Below, piece after piece: positions 1-10,406 of a DNA stretch of 64,000 nt (within the stretch, counting starts at the first letter, position 1; each line of letters begins with the position of its first letter). Position numbers and translations under genes: made by a program. Below the pieces are notes generated by a model that saw nothing but the letters and a program-made list of their open reading frames with translations, did no database searches and was not told the origin of the DNA. Origin of the DNA: a virus; IMG/VR virus record IMGVR_UViG_3300043449_002191, positions 32,001 through 96,000 of that record. One strand, written 5' to 3'.

Positions 1-326
1 TCCCCTTCATACCCATCTACTGAAATAGCTGGATAGCCAAAACCAGACAAAAGTTCAGGAAGCATATTCAATTGAGTTTTAAGGTCTTCAGGCAACTCCT
101 GTCTGTTGGCTTTATAGGCAGAGCTTTTTTGCTTTCTTAAATTTTTGGTTTTAGACTCCAAAGCAAATATTACTAGGTCAGGTTTATGGTCATCTAAAAT
201 CATGTACACCATCTTGCAAAAACCATAAAGACCTTGGACTGGCAATCCATAAGAAGTTTTTAAAGGCTCGTTGCCCCAAAAAGCTCTGTGGAATAAATTC
301 ATAGTATCTATCAAATATACCTTCAT
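1..326 (-). CDS. 5'-3' exonuclease (Pol I N-terminal/FEN family), partial, runs off the window start
   Basis: Not in the ORF track. Manual translation from the ATG at 326 gives MKVYLIDTMNLFHRAFWGNEPLKTSYGLPVQGLYGFCKM...HKPDLVIFALES...RKQKSSAYKANRQELPEDLKTQL...VDGYEG, which contains the LID..N...RAF, YKANR and GYE motifs of 5'-3' exonucleases. Confidence 0.9.
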   Translation of the reverse strand, partial: MKVYLIDTMNLFHRAFWGNEPLKTSYGLPVQGLYGFCKMVYMILDDHKPDLVIFALESKTKNLRKQKSSAYKANRQELPEDLKTQLNMLPELLSGFGYPAISVDGYEG

Positions 327-778
327 GAAAGCACTTCTCTTTGAATCTTTTCAATTTCTTCAGATGTATACAAATACTTCGAGGTCTTTTCAATATATTC
401 TTTGATTTCTTTAAGATATCTTTCAACCAAATCTCTATCGTCACTTGATAAATAGTTAGAAGAAGAGTGATATTCTTCAACTGCAGTTTTAATTATACCC
501 ATCATTGGGGCCTTAGCAAGAAACATCTTAGTTTTACTGCCTTTTCTGTACCAATTATCTCTTGTGCATAATAGGTCTAAAAAATCATTATATCTATTAA
601 ACATACGCAGCACTATATCTGACTTAGAAGTATAATTCTTTTCAATGTCTTCGCCAAGCTCAAGCCTAGTAATAGTGCGGTCAATATAGCCACTCATAGT
701 GTTAAACAGTAAGCATCTAAGCACGACTTGATGTATAGGACGTAAGACTAGGCAATGTGTATCTAATTCTTCTTGCAT
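323..778 (-). CDS. hypothetical protein
   Basis: 151-aa ORF with a GAGG RBS and GGTATAAT upstream; its stop overlaps the exonuclease start (ATGA). Confidence 0.7.
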   Translation of the reverse strand: MQEELDTHCLVLRPIHQVVLRCLLFNTMSGYIDRTITRLELGEDIEKNYTSKSDIVLRMFNRYNDFLDLLCTRDNWYRKGSKTKMFLAKAPMMGIIKTAVEEYHSSSNYLSSDDRDLVERYLKEIKEYIEKTSKYLYTSEEIEKIQREVLS

Positions 779-809
779 TCTGCACCTCTATCGAATTATA
801 CCACTTTTA

Positions 810-820
810 CCTAATCTTAT
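810..820 (+). promoter_or_regulatory. putative late promoter CCTAATCTTAT
   Basis: One of 9 copies, all on the + strand upstream of + strand genes, mostly virion/lysis genes. Confidence 0.7.
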
Positions 821-909
821 TATTATCCCACCTTAAAAAATCAAAAAAATGCTATAATAACATTGAAGCATTCAAAAATATGCTTAATAATACATATAGG
901 AGTTAAGCA

Positions 910-1299
910 ATGGAAACTACTGTAAAAGTTGATTTTCACGAAATTGGGTCTGACACAGGACAAGTTTATGAAGGCCAGTTTGTAATTAAAACCTTGCTTT
1001 CACGCAGAGATCTTTTTATGGCTGATGAACGCCGCCGCCTAGTTATCGGATCTCTTGGTGAATCAGCGCCATCAATGATTAATGGCGAAGCATACATGAT
1101 CGGACAGCTTGCCGTAAGAATTGTGGATGCACCTAAATGGTTTAAAGAGTCGGACTTAGGTCTTGAGCTTAAAGATGAAAACATCATTCCAATGCTTTTT
1201 AAACTATGTATGGATAAAGAACAAGAGCGTAAGGATGAAATTAAAAAGAAATCTGAGGAAAGCTTAAAAAAGCTGTCTAAAAAGATCGAAAAAGCCTAG
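910..1299 (+). CDS. putative tail assembly chaperone
   Basis: 129 aa, two genes upstream of the tape measure; the ...LAVRIVDAPKWF... segment resembles myophage chaperones; synteny. Confidence 0.55.
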   Translation: METTVKVDFHEIGSDTGQVYEGQFVIKTLLSRRDLFMADERRRLVIGSLGESAPSMINGEAYMIGQLAVRIVDAPKWFKESDLGLELKDENIIPMLFKLCMDKEQERKDEIKKKSEESLKKLSKKIEKA

Positions 1300-1310
1300 T
1301 AGAGTTTAAT

Positions 1311-1796
1311 ATGATGGACTTTGAGTTGTTGAGTGCTATTCGTATGATAGCACTCCATGATGCAATTGAAGGGAATTATGAGGCTTTCTACAGAAAAACC
1401 TGTAGATGGTACTCTAAGACATTTTATACCCCTCTAAAAGAAGTCATGGAAATGGCCGATGAAGAAGTTTTAAGGGTATATTTCGAGGAAACCATTCAAA
1501 CTATGAAGTCTCTAGGTGACGAAAAATTTGATGAATATGTCAAAGAAGTAGTCCAGCAAGAGCTAAATAAAAACAAAGATGAAGAAGAATTGGCAGCAGA
1601 AACTGCAGATGATGACGACTGGTACAAAGAAGAGCTTGAAAGGCTTAAAAAAGAAGATAGCAAGAAATCAAAGACTAAAAAATCCAAATCTACTAAAAAA
1701 GCCAATAAAAACGAAGATATAGATGAAAAGCCTAATCTTTTAGGTACAGACGATAGTGGCACATTTTATTTTAATGGCGAAGATAATATTGAATAG
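1311..1796 (+). CDS. hypothetical protein, possible second tail chaperone
   Basis: 161 aa with a charged C-terminus, immediately before the tape measure. Confidence 0.5.
   Translation: MMDFELLSAIRMIALHDAIEGNYEAFYRKTCRWYSKTFYTPLKEVMEMADEEVLRVYFEETIQTMKSLGDEKFDEYVKEVVQQELNKNKDEEELAAETADDDDWYKEELERLKKEDSKKSKTKKSKSTKKANKNEDIDEKPNLLGTDDSGTFYFNGEDNIE
1731..1741 (+). promoter_or_regulatory. putative late promoter CCTAATCTTTT
   Basis: Motif copy inside the preceding CDS, about 70 nt upstream of the tape measure gene. Confidence 0.45.
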
Positions 1797-1807
1797 CAAG
1801 GTATATA

Positions 1808-4000
1808 ATGGCTAAGCTTACTTTTGAAGCCCAGATGAAGGGCTTTGAACAACTTAATGATATGTTCAAAAAAATCGAAGAAAGTCTTTACGATGTTTCT
1901 CATGCAGGAAACAAAGGCTTCGATGAAATGAACAGCAAAGTAAAAGCTTTGCATGATACCCTCGGCAATCTAACAAAATCTCAAGATTCAATTGGAAGAA
2001 TACTAAAAGAGTACACTAACGTAGGTGATGATACTATTGGTATCGTTAGAGATATGAACAAAGGTATTGTAAGTGCCATGAAAGAAGGCACAGCAGCCCT
2101 TAAAAACGAAATTTCTAATATTAGATCAATGATTAGAGATGAGCAGAACAATTTAGCCACATTAAAAGCTAATTCTAAGCTATTCACAGAAGAAGAGCGC
2201 CAACAAATGCATGGCGAAATCTCTAAAAGAATTACCACTTTACAGGGAATGCAAGTCACAGCAGCAACTTCAGTTGCTGATGCAGAACGCCAACAAGCTT
2301 ACAAAGCGTCTTTTGTTGGTAAAATGGGCGATTATTTGGGCACAAAAGTAAATTTGCCTTTTGGCGCTCAAATGACTAGAGGTGCATTGATAGGTGGAGC
2401 GGCTGCACTTCCTGGAGCTGTACTTGGAATATCTAGCTATGCAGTAACTGAACAGATGAATCCCCAAAGAACTTTTATGGCTCAAAGAGATTTAGCAATG
2501 CAAACTGCCGGAAGAGCTATGGAAGGCGACCCTACGTTATACATGATGCAGCAAATGGGTTTAGGGGCGGCTAATGCTACTGAACAGTCTATGGCATTTA
2601 AAGCTAAAACTTCTATGCAATTCTTAATGCAAAATCCTCTTGGCGGAGCCGTTATGGGAGGATTGGCAGGCTTTAAACTTGGTGGTCCATGGGGTGCGCT
2701 TGCAGGTGCTGCAGCAGGTGCTTTTGCTGCTCCGAATAAAACTTACGATACCGTATTAGCGGAAGCAAAAATGCAACTAAGAGAAGAAGATCAAAGAATG
2801 GGTGAAACGGTTTTTAAAACCGCAAGCGAAGGTTATAGAAGTGAATCCAGAAACTTAGACCTTGCACAAAGATCTATGGGTCGTGAAGAAGCCCAGCGTC
2901 TTACTAGAATTGGGTACAGAGCAGGTCTTTTATCTGAAGAAACCGCAGATGAAATAAATGCTATAGCAGGACTTGGCGCTTCTCCTTATATGTCAGCAAA
3001 TTATCTTAAATTAAGAAGACGTTACGGTGTATCTGGTGCTATGATGGATAGATTAAACCAGACAACAGCTCTTTCTGGAAATTCTGAAGTTGCAAGACAA
3101 GATATACTGCAAATGTATGCAAATGCTGGTATGTATGGATCAGAATCATATGGCTCTAGAATGGAGCTTTCTAACTTCATGGCCAGCATGATGCAAGGTC
3201 GTGGACCTGGAACTTCTGCAGCAGATGTTGGCGGCACAGTATCAACATTGATATCCCAAGGAACTGGGAATATCGGTCTTAGAACTAAATCTGCAATTCA
3301 AGCAGTTTCAACTCTTAATGAAATGAAAAAAGGCCCTACGGCTTTAAATGCCCTTGAAACATCTACCTTAATGAGCATGGGTATTACAGACCCATTTATT
3401 ATTCAGAGCCTTATTCGAAGAGGCTTAGGCACAAAAGAAGTCCAGCAAGATATAGCTAATGCTACAGGAATTCCTTTACCAGATGTTCAAGCAAAAATTG
3501 GCGGCATTAATACTACCATGTTAGAACAAGCTAAGAATTTTGGAACAGAGACATCTAGACAGCAAGCAGCTAAAATGAAAAGAGACTATGACACCATGGT
3601 ATTTATGGGGGATGAAGCTGCAGAAAGAGCGGCTCAAGGAGTAGGATATACCTATAAACAAACCCTTGCAGCAGAATATGGGACCAAAAGCGCAGGTAAA
3701 TTTAATTTAGTCCAAGAAACTTATAGTCAAGCAGATGTCCAAGCTGCCGGAAAAGCTTCGGAAATCGAAGCGTCTTATAAAAATATGGAAAAAATGATTA
3801 GCGAAGTTGGTGGAGATTTATCAAAAACTGTTATTCAAGCTATAAACGAATCAATTTCTTTTGGGTTTAATCAAGCAGTTATGCAGATGGATTTAACTAC
3901 AAAACAACTTTTAAGCGAAAAGAAAAGAGATCAGGCTAGTAAGAGTAAAGTTGAAGCTGAAGAAATCAAATATAATGCTCTTGATAAAACTCGATATTAA
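1808..4000 (+). CDS. tape measure protein
   Basis: 730 aa, Ala/Gly/Gln/Met-rich and helical, with a GLAGFKLGGPWGALAGAAAG hydrophobic stretch; lies between chaperone and baseplate genes. Confidence 0.75.
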   Translation: MAKLTFEAQMKGFEQLNDMFKKIEESLYDVSHAGNKGFDEMNSKVKALHDTLGNLTKSQDSIGRILKEYTNVGDDTIGIVRDMNKGIVSAMKEGTAALKNEISNIRSMIRDEQNNLATLKANSKLFTEEERQQMHGEISKRITTLQGMQVTAATSVADAERQQAYKASFVGKMGDYLGTKVNLPFGAQMTRGALIGGAAALPGAVLGISSYAVTEQMNPQRTFMAQRDLAMQTAGRAMEGDPTLYMMQQMGLGAANATEQSMAFKAKTSMQFLMQNPLGGAVMGGLAGFKLGGPWGALAGAAAGAFAAPNKTYDTVLAEAKMQLREEDQRMGETVFKTASEGYRSESRNLDLAQRSMGREEAQRLTRIGYRAGLLSEETADEINAIAGLGASPYMSANYLKLRRRYGVSGAMMDRLNQTTALSGNSEVARQDILQMYANAGMYGSESYGSRMELSNFMASMMQGRGPGTSAADVGGTVSTLISQGTGNIGLRTKSAIQAVSTLNEMKKGPTALNALETSTLMSMGITDPFIIQSLIRRGLGTKEVQQDIANATGIPLPDVQAKIGGINTTMLEQAKNFGTETSRQQAAKMKRDYDTMVFMGDEAAERAAQGVGYTYKQTLAAEYGTKSAGKFNLVQETYSQADVQAAGKASEIEASYKNMEKMISEVGGDLSKTVIQAINESISFGFNQAVMQMDLTTKQLLSEKKRDQASKSKVEAEEIKYNALDKTRY

Positions 4001-4046
4001 TAATTAATTATCTAAAATTATAGCTCATTGAGGTATAATATAACGT

Positions 4047-6275
4047 ATGAGCGCTAAAAAAACAGGTAAAAAACCTACTAAAACTCAAGATAAACCTAAA
4101 GGATCTCCTGGTCATCCATCGGTTTATTTAACACAAAATCAGTCTGATTCTCATCAAAGAAATCCTAGCTGGTGCGTTGCTTTTATTAGATTTAATGAAG
4201 TATCTGCGATGCATACGACTTCTTCAGATTTATTTGCTGAAAAAAAAGCGCTTATTATAGAAAACGATTGTGTAGGAGTTTCAATAAATAATCCAAAAGG
4301 ATCATTTGCAAAGACCTGCTCTTTAAGCATGAAAGTCGGTGAAATCTGGTATCAAAATGCAGTTTCTTGCGGTGATTGGGTTTTTGTTTGGATGTCTGAC
4401 AGTCAAGACCATATTGATAGAATTGTAGAAGCTTTATACGGTTCTGGGAAGGAGTCTTTGAATGGTTTTAATTCTGGCCTTAAATTTATAGGGAGAGTGA
4501 TTAGCACCGATAACTCTGATGTTATTGACTCAACTGGACATAGAACCATTTATCAAAATGTACATTGCCAAGCCTTTTTAGAAATGAATACTTCTATTTA
4601 TTACACATTCTTATCTCAATCTGTAATCGAAGCAAACAACAAAGAAAACCAAGTATCAGGTAATATTAATTTTGTAAAAAAATCTATTTCAGATATACAG
4701 AAAAGCAATGGAATGGGGGCAGCATTAACAAAACTTGGCGAAATTTTTGACAACTATTATAAAAATAGTGCGGATACAGCACCAGAAACAATCATAGGGA
4801 TGCTTTTTACTCTTATAATGGGCATCGAAAAAGAAAAAAATCTAGCAAATTCACTTGGAGATATAAAAGGATCTTTTTCTGATGCTATTGGAATACCAAA
4901 AACCGTAGCTAATATAATGGGTATTCCAGAAGCAACTAAACTTTGGGAACTTTATACTTTATACCTTGGTCTGCAAAAATATTCTAGTAAAAGAAATACG
5001 CTTGCTGGTAATTTAAGTCCAGATTTTTCATCAGAAACTGATCAAGCACCAAATTCAGTTTTTTATAGAACACCTTATCCTACAAAAGGATACGTGCCTT
5101 TTTATATGCCCCCAATCTGGGATAATAATACATTTTGGGGAGTTTTAAGCCAATTTGTGCATCCAATTGTAAACGAAATGTACACAGCACTTAGAATTAA
5201 TAAAGATGGTCAAATAAGACCTACCCTTATAGTTAGGGAACAACCTTTTAGTACTGGACTATATAATTATCTATACCAAAAGGCCCCAGAAATAATAAAA
5301 GTAGACTCTCTAAGTAGCGCACCTCCAAACGCAAAAGCTGGAGAAACAAACCAAAAACAAAGCGCTCAAAGTGCAATAAAAGAAAAAATTCAAAAAGCTC
5401 AATCATCAGGTAATAAAACAGAAAGTATTGTTTCATATGACGAAAAATCATCCTTAAAAAAAGATACGATTCCATCTGCGCCAGGTCCAAAGTATGATAA
5501 TGATAGAAGAACTTTTTTTCATAATTTACCTAGATGGGTAGTAGACGAAAGCGCTCTACACTCCATAAATGTTAGCACTGATGAAGGTGCCCGTGTAAAT
5601 TTTGTCCAAGTTTGGGGTAGATCTCAGGGTTTAGAGTTTAATCAAGCAAAAATTGATCAAGAGCAGTGGAAGATAATCCAGTTTATGTCACCAAACTATG
5701 TTTCTGATGATAGAGATATTAAAAGACACGGACTTAGGGCTGATATATCTGAATCACAATTTGATATGCCTTCAAATGATGCAGGTACATTGACACATCT
5801 GTTTTGCAGAATGAGAGCAGATTGGCTTTTTAATGGGCATTTAAAATTAAATGGTACAGCCAGTCTTCATGGTATTGTGGAACCTATAGTTGAGGGAGAC
5901 AATGCTCAAATCCGTGGGGTCCTTTATCATATTGAAGGCGTATCTCATAATGGTGTTTTAGGTGTTAATGGGCAAAAAACCTTCACAACCACATTGCAAT
6001 TATCTAGAGGGGTTCTTGCAAACGAATTTGATAAAGATTCTAGTCTTCCACGGTATGCCAAAGATTTGCCAGAAAGCCGAGCTGGTATGGATACTCAAAA
6101 AGGATTCAATCTACCAGGAAGCACAGATTTACAGGCAACTTCTTCTAGAAAAGGCCGTGACGTTGCTACTGGTGAAAAAATAAAAGCTCCAGAGAATACT
6201 GGTAAAAAGAAAAAGAAGAACCCTTTAGAAAAACTAAAAAAAGCATTACCTAAAGCTAAAAGGAAGGGCAAATAA
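4047..6275 (+). CDS. putative baseplate hub protein
   Basis: 742 aa after the tape measure; the C-terminal 'LNGTASLHG...YHIEGVSH...FTTTLQLSRG' is typical of gp27/gpD-like hubs. Confidence 0.65.
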   Translation: MSAKKTGKKPTKTQDKPKGSPGHPSVYLTQNQSDSHQRNPSWCVAFIRFNEVSAMHTTSSDLFAEKKALIIENDCVGVSINNPKGSFAKTCSLSMKVGEIWYQNAVSCGDWVFVWMSDSQDHIDRIVEALYGSGKESLNGFNSGLKFIGRVISTDNSDVIDSTGHRTIYQNVHCQAFLEMNTSIYYTFLSQSVIEANNKENQVSGNINFVKKSISDIQKSNGMGAALTKLGEIFDNYYKNSADTAPETIIGMLFTLIMGIEKEKNLANSLGDIKGSFSDAIGIPKTVANIMGIPEATKLWELYTLYLGLQKYSSKRNTLAGNLSPDFSSETDQAPNSVFYRTPYPTKGYVPFYMPPIWDNNTFWGVLSQFVHPIVNEMYTALRINKDGQIRPTLIVREQPFSTGLYNYLYQKAPEIIKVDSLSSAPPNAKAGETNQKQSAQSAIKEKIQKAQSSGNKTESIVSYDEKSSLKKDTIPSAPGPKYDNDRRTFFHNLPRWVVDESALHSINVSTDEGARVNFVQVWGRSQGLEFNQAKIDQEQWKIIQFMSPNYVSDDRDIKRHGLRADISESQFDMPSNDAGTLTHLFCRMRADWLFNGHLKLNGTASLHGIVEPIVEGDNAQIRGVLYHIEGVSHNGVLGVNGQKTFTTTLQLSRGVLANEFDKDSSLPRYAKDLPESRAGMDTQKGFNLPGSTDLQATSSRKGRDVATGEKIKAPENTGKKKKKNPLEKLKKALPKAKRKGK

Positions 6276-6994
6276 TGACTAATTTTAATCAAACTTTTTT
6301 TGGTCAAATCAAAGAAATTATAGCTCCTGACCATCCCAAAAATCCAACTAAATATCAATACTTATATCTAGTTGTAATTTCTGCTGGTGGATATTCACAA
6401 ATTACGGCACCGTGCATTAGAAATGACCCTTTTGGTGAAATTGATAACTACCAAGATTCAATTTTAAATGTAGGCGATAAAGTGTTTATATTATTCCCTA
6501 AAGGCGATAAGTCTATGGGTCTGATCATTGGCGGTGGTAGATACTATTCTAAGCCACAAGATAAGGCAAAAGGTAAATACTTTTTAAGACGTTTCAATAA
6601 AGTAGAGACATATATTGATTCTGCGTTTAATTACAGTGTTAAGTCTGATTCTGGACCTAACTTCCAATTAATGGTAGATAAAATCATTTTAGACGATTCA
6701 GTTGGTGAAAAGATTGTTTTAGATAAAAACGCTAAATCTATTACTATTGGGACTAAAGACCTGACAATTGATGCCAAAGGTAAAGCGAATATTACTGTAA
6801 AAGGTAATTTGACTATAAATGTGTCTGGCAATGCTGATATAAAAGTATCCAAAAATGCTAACATTAAGGCTAAAAAGATAGCCCTTAACGGTGAAAAGTC
6901 TGGTATTACAACTGAAATGTCCCATCAAGGTGTAATAGATTTGATCACAGGTGTACCAGTTAAAGCAAGTAAAACGGTTTTAGGTGACGTGTAA
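6275..6994 (+). CDS. baseplate spike (gpV/gp5-like)
   Basis: N-terminal OB-fold-like 'VGDKVFILF..GD..GLIIGG' followed by beta-helix-like repeats (ITVKGNLTINVSGNADIKV); translationally coupled to the hub gene. Confidence 0.7.
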   Translation: MTNFNQTFFGQIKEIIAPDHPKNPTKYQYLYLVVISAGGYSQITAPCIRNDPFGEIDNYQDSILNVGDKVFILFPKGDKSMGLIIGGGRYYSKPQDKAKGKYFLRRFNKVETYIDSAFNYSVKSDSGPNFQLMVDKIILDDSVGEKIVLDKNAKSITIGTKDLTIDAKGKANITVKGNLTINVSGNADIKVSKNANIKAKKIALNGEKSGITTEMSHQGVIDLITGVPVKASKTVLGDV

Positions 6995-7707
6995 TGCCAG
7001 CAGTTCCAGCGGCTTTAATTTCAATGATAACTAAAAATGTTTCTGATAACATCAAAAAGTTATCTGGAAAATCACCATTGGAAACAAAAGCTGCTCCATA
7101 TTTTACTCAAATGTGTAAAGCCATAGGAATGGGTATCGCAAGTGGAACCCAAACATTAACTTTTGAAACTAAAGATCAAGGGTTTAAAGGTGAGCCCCCA
7201 GTTCCTGGGGTTGGTATGGGTATGGGGTTAGAAGTTGATGCAGATTATATGTCAGAAAAGATATATACAAACATTAGAAAAAGCATACTAAAAAGGTATA
7301 AAAAAACATCGCATAATCCATGGCCCCCAGAAAGCGAAAATTCTGGGGAATTCCTAAAGGCTTTCTCGGACGGAATAGCTAAAGCTGTAAAAGAGCATTA
7401 TAAGACTAGTTGGGTTTTAAACTCTAATCACCCATTGATCTATAGTGGAAGTGCCAAATGCGATAAGTTTAAAGGGGTACAAGCCCCTGCAGTTAAAAGT
7501 ATTATACTTGCAAATAAAGGCTCATTAAAAGGGCCATTTTTTGCGGATTTTGCAGAAGGTGTAGCTAAAGGCTATCAAGATACTATTGAAAAAAAGACCA
7601 CTGGAAAAGTAACAATTACGGGCATTTGTATAATTATTGTGCCTCCAGCAGGTTTCCAAATGTGTGGTATACCAGCAACTGGTAAAAGTACTGGCATAGC
7701 ATCCTAA
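6994..7707 (+). CDS. virion/baseplate-associated hypothetical protein
   Basis: 237 aa, TAATG-coupled to the spike gene. Confidence 0.55.
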   Translation: MPAVPAALISMITKNVSDNIKKLSGKSPLETKAAPYFTQMCKAIGMGIASGTQTLTFETKDQGFKGEPPVPGVGMGMGLEVDADYMSEKIYTNIRKSILKRYKKTSHNPWPPESENSGEFLKAFSDGIAKAVKEHYKTSWVLNSNHPLIYSGSAKCDKFKGVQAPAVKSIILANKGSLKGPFFADFAEGVAKGYQDTIEKKTTGKVTITGICIIIVPPAGFQMCGIPATGKSTGIAS

Positions 7708-7713
7708 TCTTAT
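7703..7713 (+). promoter_or_regulatory. putative late promoter CCTAATCTTAT
   Basis: Exact motif copy 40 nt upstream of 7753. Confidence 0.7.
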
Positions 7714-7752
7714 TAGTATCTATATATCTGCCGATTCAGGAGCATATTGTAA

Positions 7753-10368
7753 ATGTCTATTCCAAAAAAGTCTATTCCAAAATCAGTATCTGACAAGATG
7801 CCATCTTCTGTTACTGAAAGTTTAAATAAAGCCCAAAAAGCAGTGACTTCTTCTATAGTAGATATATTAAAAGCTCAGACACAAGCTGCTATTGACTCAA
7901 ACTTAATGTCTAATTTTTCTCGATTAAAAAACACTGATTTTAATGCAAGTGTTAATGAAGATTTTTTTGTCAGATGGGAAGCTTTAGATAAAATTGATTA
8001 TAACGCCTCTTATTCTTATGATCTTCTTATTGTAGATAATGATACAAGCAAAATTAAGCATTCCTATACTTTCCCCATAAATCCTTCGTCAATAAGTATT
8101 AATGTACCAAGTGCGTCAAGTATTGAAACAACAATGAAGGGTATCGTGGTAACTGAAAATGGAGCGCCTCTCAGACAGATATCAATTAGCGGAACTACAG
8201 GTACAGCACCAGTTAGAAACTTTGGTACAACAGGGGCTGATAAAAGTGAAACAGAAAAAACATTAAATTATCTGTTTAAAAATACTATTAAAGCGGTAGA
8301 TACACTTAAAGAAACCTATAAAAAAGCTCAATCTGTCGGAAGTCAACCAAATGGAGGGTTTGAAGGCCCCTTAAATTTAGAATTCTCAGAAACTTATAAA
8401 ATATCTGTTACTGGATATGAAAGTATACACGATTTAGCCAGATTTTTAGATATTTATATGGCTCTTAAAAAACAATCTCAATACAGATCTTATAGGCTTA
8501 TTTTGGCCATGCATAAAGATCAAATGTATTATAAATGTAAATTAGACAATTATTCTATTACCAAACAGGCCGGAACATTAGAATATAGCTATAACATTAA
8601 TTTCACAGCTTTCCAAAGATTGCCAAATATAAATGAGTATATTGGTAAAAATGGAAGAAAGCCAAAGAATGGTTTAGGGGATTCAAGAAATGCATTAAGC
8701 GCAATAAGTCAGGCATTTGCTTCAATTAAAAAAACTAGACAAATACTTGCAGACGCTCGAAATGTTTTAAAAGGTATAAGAGGCGATATCAATGATAGTA
8801 TTATACAGCCAATGAGTGATATGAATTTAGCCTTAAAAGACATACTAGGGATTGCAATGGATGCATCTGATTTCTATAATCACGGTACAGCTCAGTTTAA
8901 TAATGCTATAATTCACGCCTTAGCTACAAATCAGGCTTTTACAGCAGAAGGTGTTCAAGGTGAGGATACTATCGGTGGAACTCCTAGTATGATAGGTTCT
9001 GCAAAAGAAGATTTAGATAATAAAAGAGCTGAAAATACCCCAGATGTGGAAGAATCCAGAACACCAAATGCAAGTCCGACTCAAATCATAAAACAAGACC
9101 CACTGGCATTTCAAAGGCTTCTAGAAAAGATTGATTTAGACACATTAGAGCTAACCGAAGAAACTAAAGATTTAATAGACCAAAGGCTGGATGAAGTTAG
9201 AGCATTAACTTCTGTTGATTTCATGCAAAGGCGTGAATTAGTAGCCGATTGCGTTAGATCTATATCTGAAGCTTTTGGCGGTGGTTCTACTACATATAAT
9301 AGAATCATGGGCGTAGAAGAGCCTAAATTTACATATAAAAAACTTACAGTTGATGACATTATCCTATTAAAATCCTTAAATGACGCTGTACTGGCATTTG
9401 ATTCTTTTTGTGCCCATCTAGAAGAAGCTGAAAATGAAGTACAGGAAGACTATTATAGTTTTTACCAAGACTATGCTATTTCTGCAGGAATTCCATTTGA
9501 AACTAACTCATCCAGATTCTTTGTGCCGTTTCCATATGAAGCCACATTAGAGCAAGTAGCCTCACAATATTTGGGTGACCCTGAAAGATGGATTGAAATT
9601 GCAGCAGTGAATGGATTGAAGGCACCATATATAGACGAAATTGGTATAGAAATACCAGTCACAGCTAGTTCGGGCGGCAATACCTTAACAGTCTCTTCAG
9701 ATTTAGGGTTTTACGTAGGACAAGTTGTACAAATATTCTCTGATACTCAAAAGACTATTAGACGAAAAGTCAGGTCATTAGATGTGTTTTCTGCAATAGA
9801 AACCATTATAACTTTTGAAGAATCAGACGATAGCGTTAATTTAAGCCTTTATAAACCTTCTCAAAACGCTAAAATCAGGCGATATGCACCTAATACGGTT
9901 AATTCTAATATGCTAATTGCTATTCCATCAAATACACCTGCTACATTTAAGAACATTAAAACTTCACCTGAAATATCTCAATTAAATGGGCTAGCTCGGA
10001 TGGCCGGAATAGATATGATGTTAAGCAGCTCAGGAGATATCATTTTAATGGGTGGTGGTGAAGTCAAAATGGCAACTGGACTAACTAATATAATTCAAGC
10101 GGCTATGCTGAAATTAAACACAAAGCTTGGTTCCATGATTCAGCATCCAGACTATGGTAATGGCATAGAAGCAGGCAACCCTACATCGGAAGTTGACTTA
10201 AATAGCGTTATTCAAGATATTAATAACTCATTTGGCGATGATGAAAGATTTAGCGATATAATAGGCGTAGAGGTTAAAAAAGAAGGCCCAAGTCTATCAG
10301 TCTCGATCTTAGTAGGGCTTAGTGAAACTGATGTAGTTTTACCTATTTCAGCACAAGTTCCGATTTAA
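7753..10368 (+). CDS. multidomain baseplate protein (tube-initiator-like, LysM-like and gp25-like regions)
   Basis: N-terminal 'FPINPSSISI...ISISGTTG'; central 'TLEQVASQYLGDPERWIEIAAVNGL' (LysM-like); C-terminal 'LKLNTKLGSMIQHPDYG...DERFSDI' (gp25/GpW-like). Confidence 0.7.
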   Translation: MSIPKKSIPKSVSDKMPSSVTESLNKAQKAVTSSIVDILKAQTQAAIDSNLMSNFSRLKNTDFNASVNEDFFVRWEALDKIDYNASYSYDLLIVDNDTSKIKHSYTFPINPSSISINVPSASSIETTMKGIVVTENGAPLRQISISGTTGTAPVRNFGTTGADKSETEKTLNYLFKNTIKAVDTLKETYKKAQSVGSQPNGGFEGPLNLEFSETYKISVTGYESIHDLARFLDIYMALKKQSQYRSYRLILAMHKDQMYYKCKLDNYSITKQAGTLEYSYNINFTAFQRLPNINEYIGKNGRKPKNGLGDSRNALSAISQAFASIKKTRQILADARNVLKGIRGDINDSIIQPMSDMNLALKDILGIAMDASDFYNHGTAQFNNAIIHALATNQAFTAEGVQGEDTIGGTPSMIGSAKEDLDNKRAENTPDVEESRTPNASPTQIIKQDPLAFQRLLEKIDLDTLELTEETKDLIDQRLDEVRALTSVDFMQRRELVADCVRSISEAFGGGSTTYNRIMGVEEPKFTYKKLTVDDIILLKSLNDAVLAFDSFCAHLEEAENEVQEDYYSFYQDYAISAGIPFETNSSRFFVPFPYEATLEQVASQYLGDPERWIEIAAVNGLKAPYIDEIGIEIPVTASSGGNTLTVSSDLGFYVGQVVQIFSDTQKTIRRKVRSLDVFSAIETIITFEESDDSVNLSLYKPSQNAKIRRYAPNTVNSNMLIAIPSNTPATFKNIKTSPEISQLNGLARMAGIDMMLSSSGDIILMGGGEVKMATGLTNIIQAAMLKLNTKLGSMIQHPDYGNGIEAGNPTSEVDLNSVIQDINNSFGDDERFSDIIGVEVKKEGPSLSVSILVGLSETDVVLPISAQVPI

Positions 10369-10369
10369 T

Positions 10370-10380
10370 CCTAATCTTAT
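10370..10380 (+). promoter_or_regulatory. putative late promoter CCTAATCTTAT
   Basis: Exact motif copy in the gap before 10407. Confidence 0.7.
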
Positions 10381-10406
10381 AACTATATAAACCAAGAGAT
10401 TAAAGC

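Noticed and set aside
1266-1311. Programmed -1 frameshift fusing the two tail-chaperone ORFs
   Set aside because: The perfect A-AAA-AAG heptamer (1266-1272) meets a -1-frame TAA at 1278. The frame is open only from 1281, where there is no canonical slippery site.
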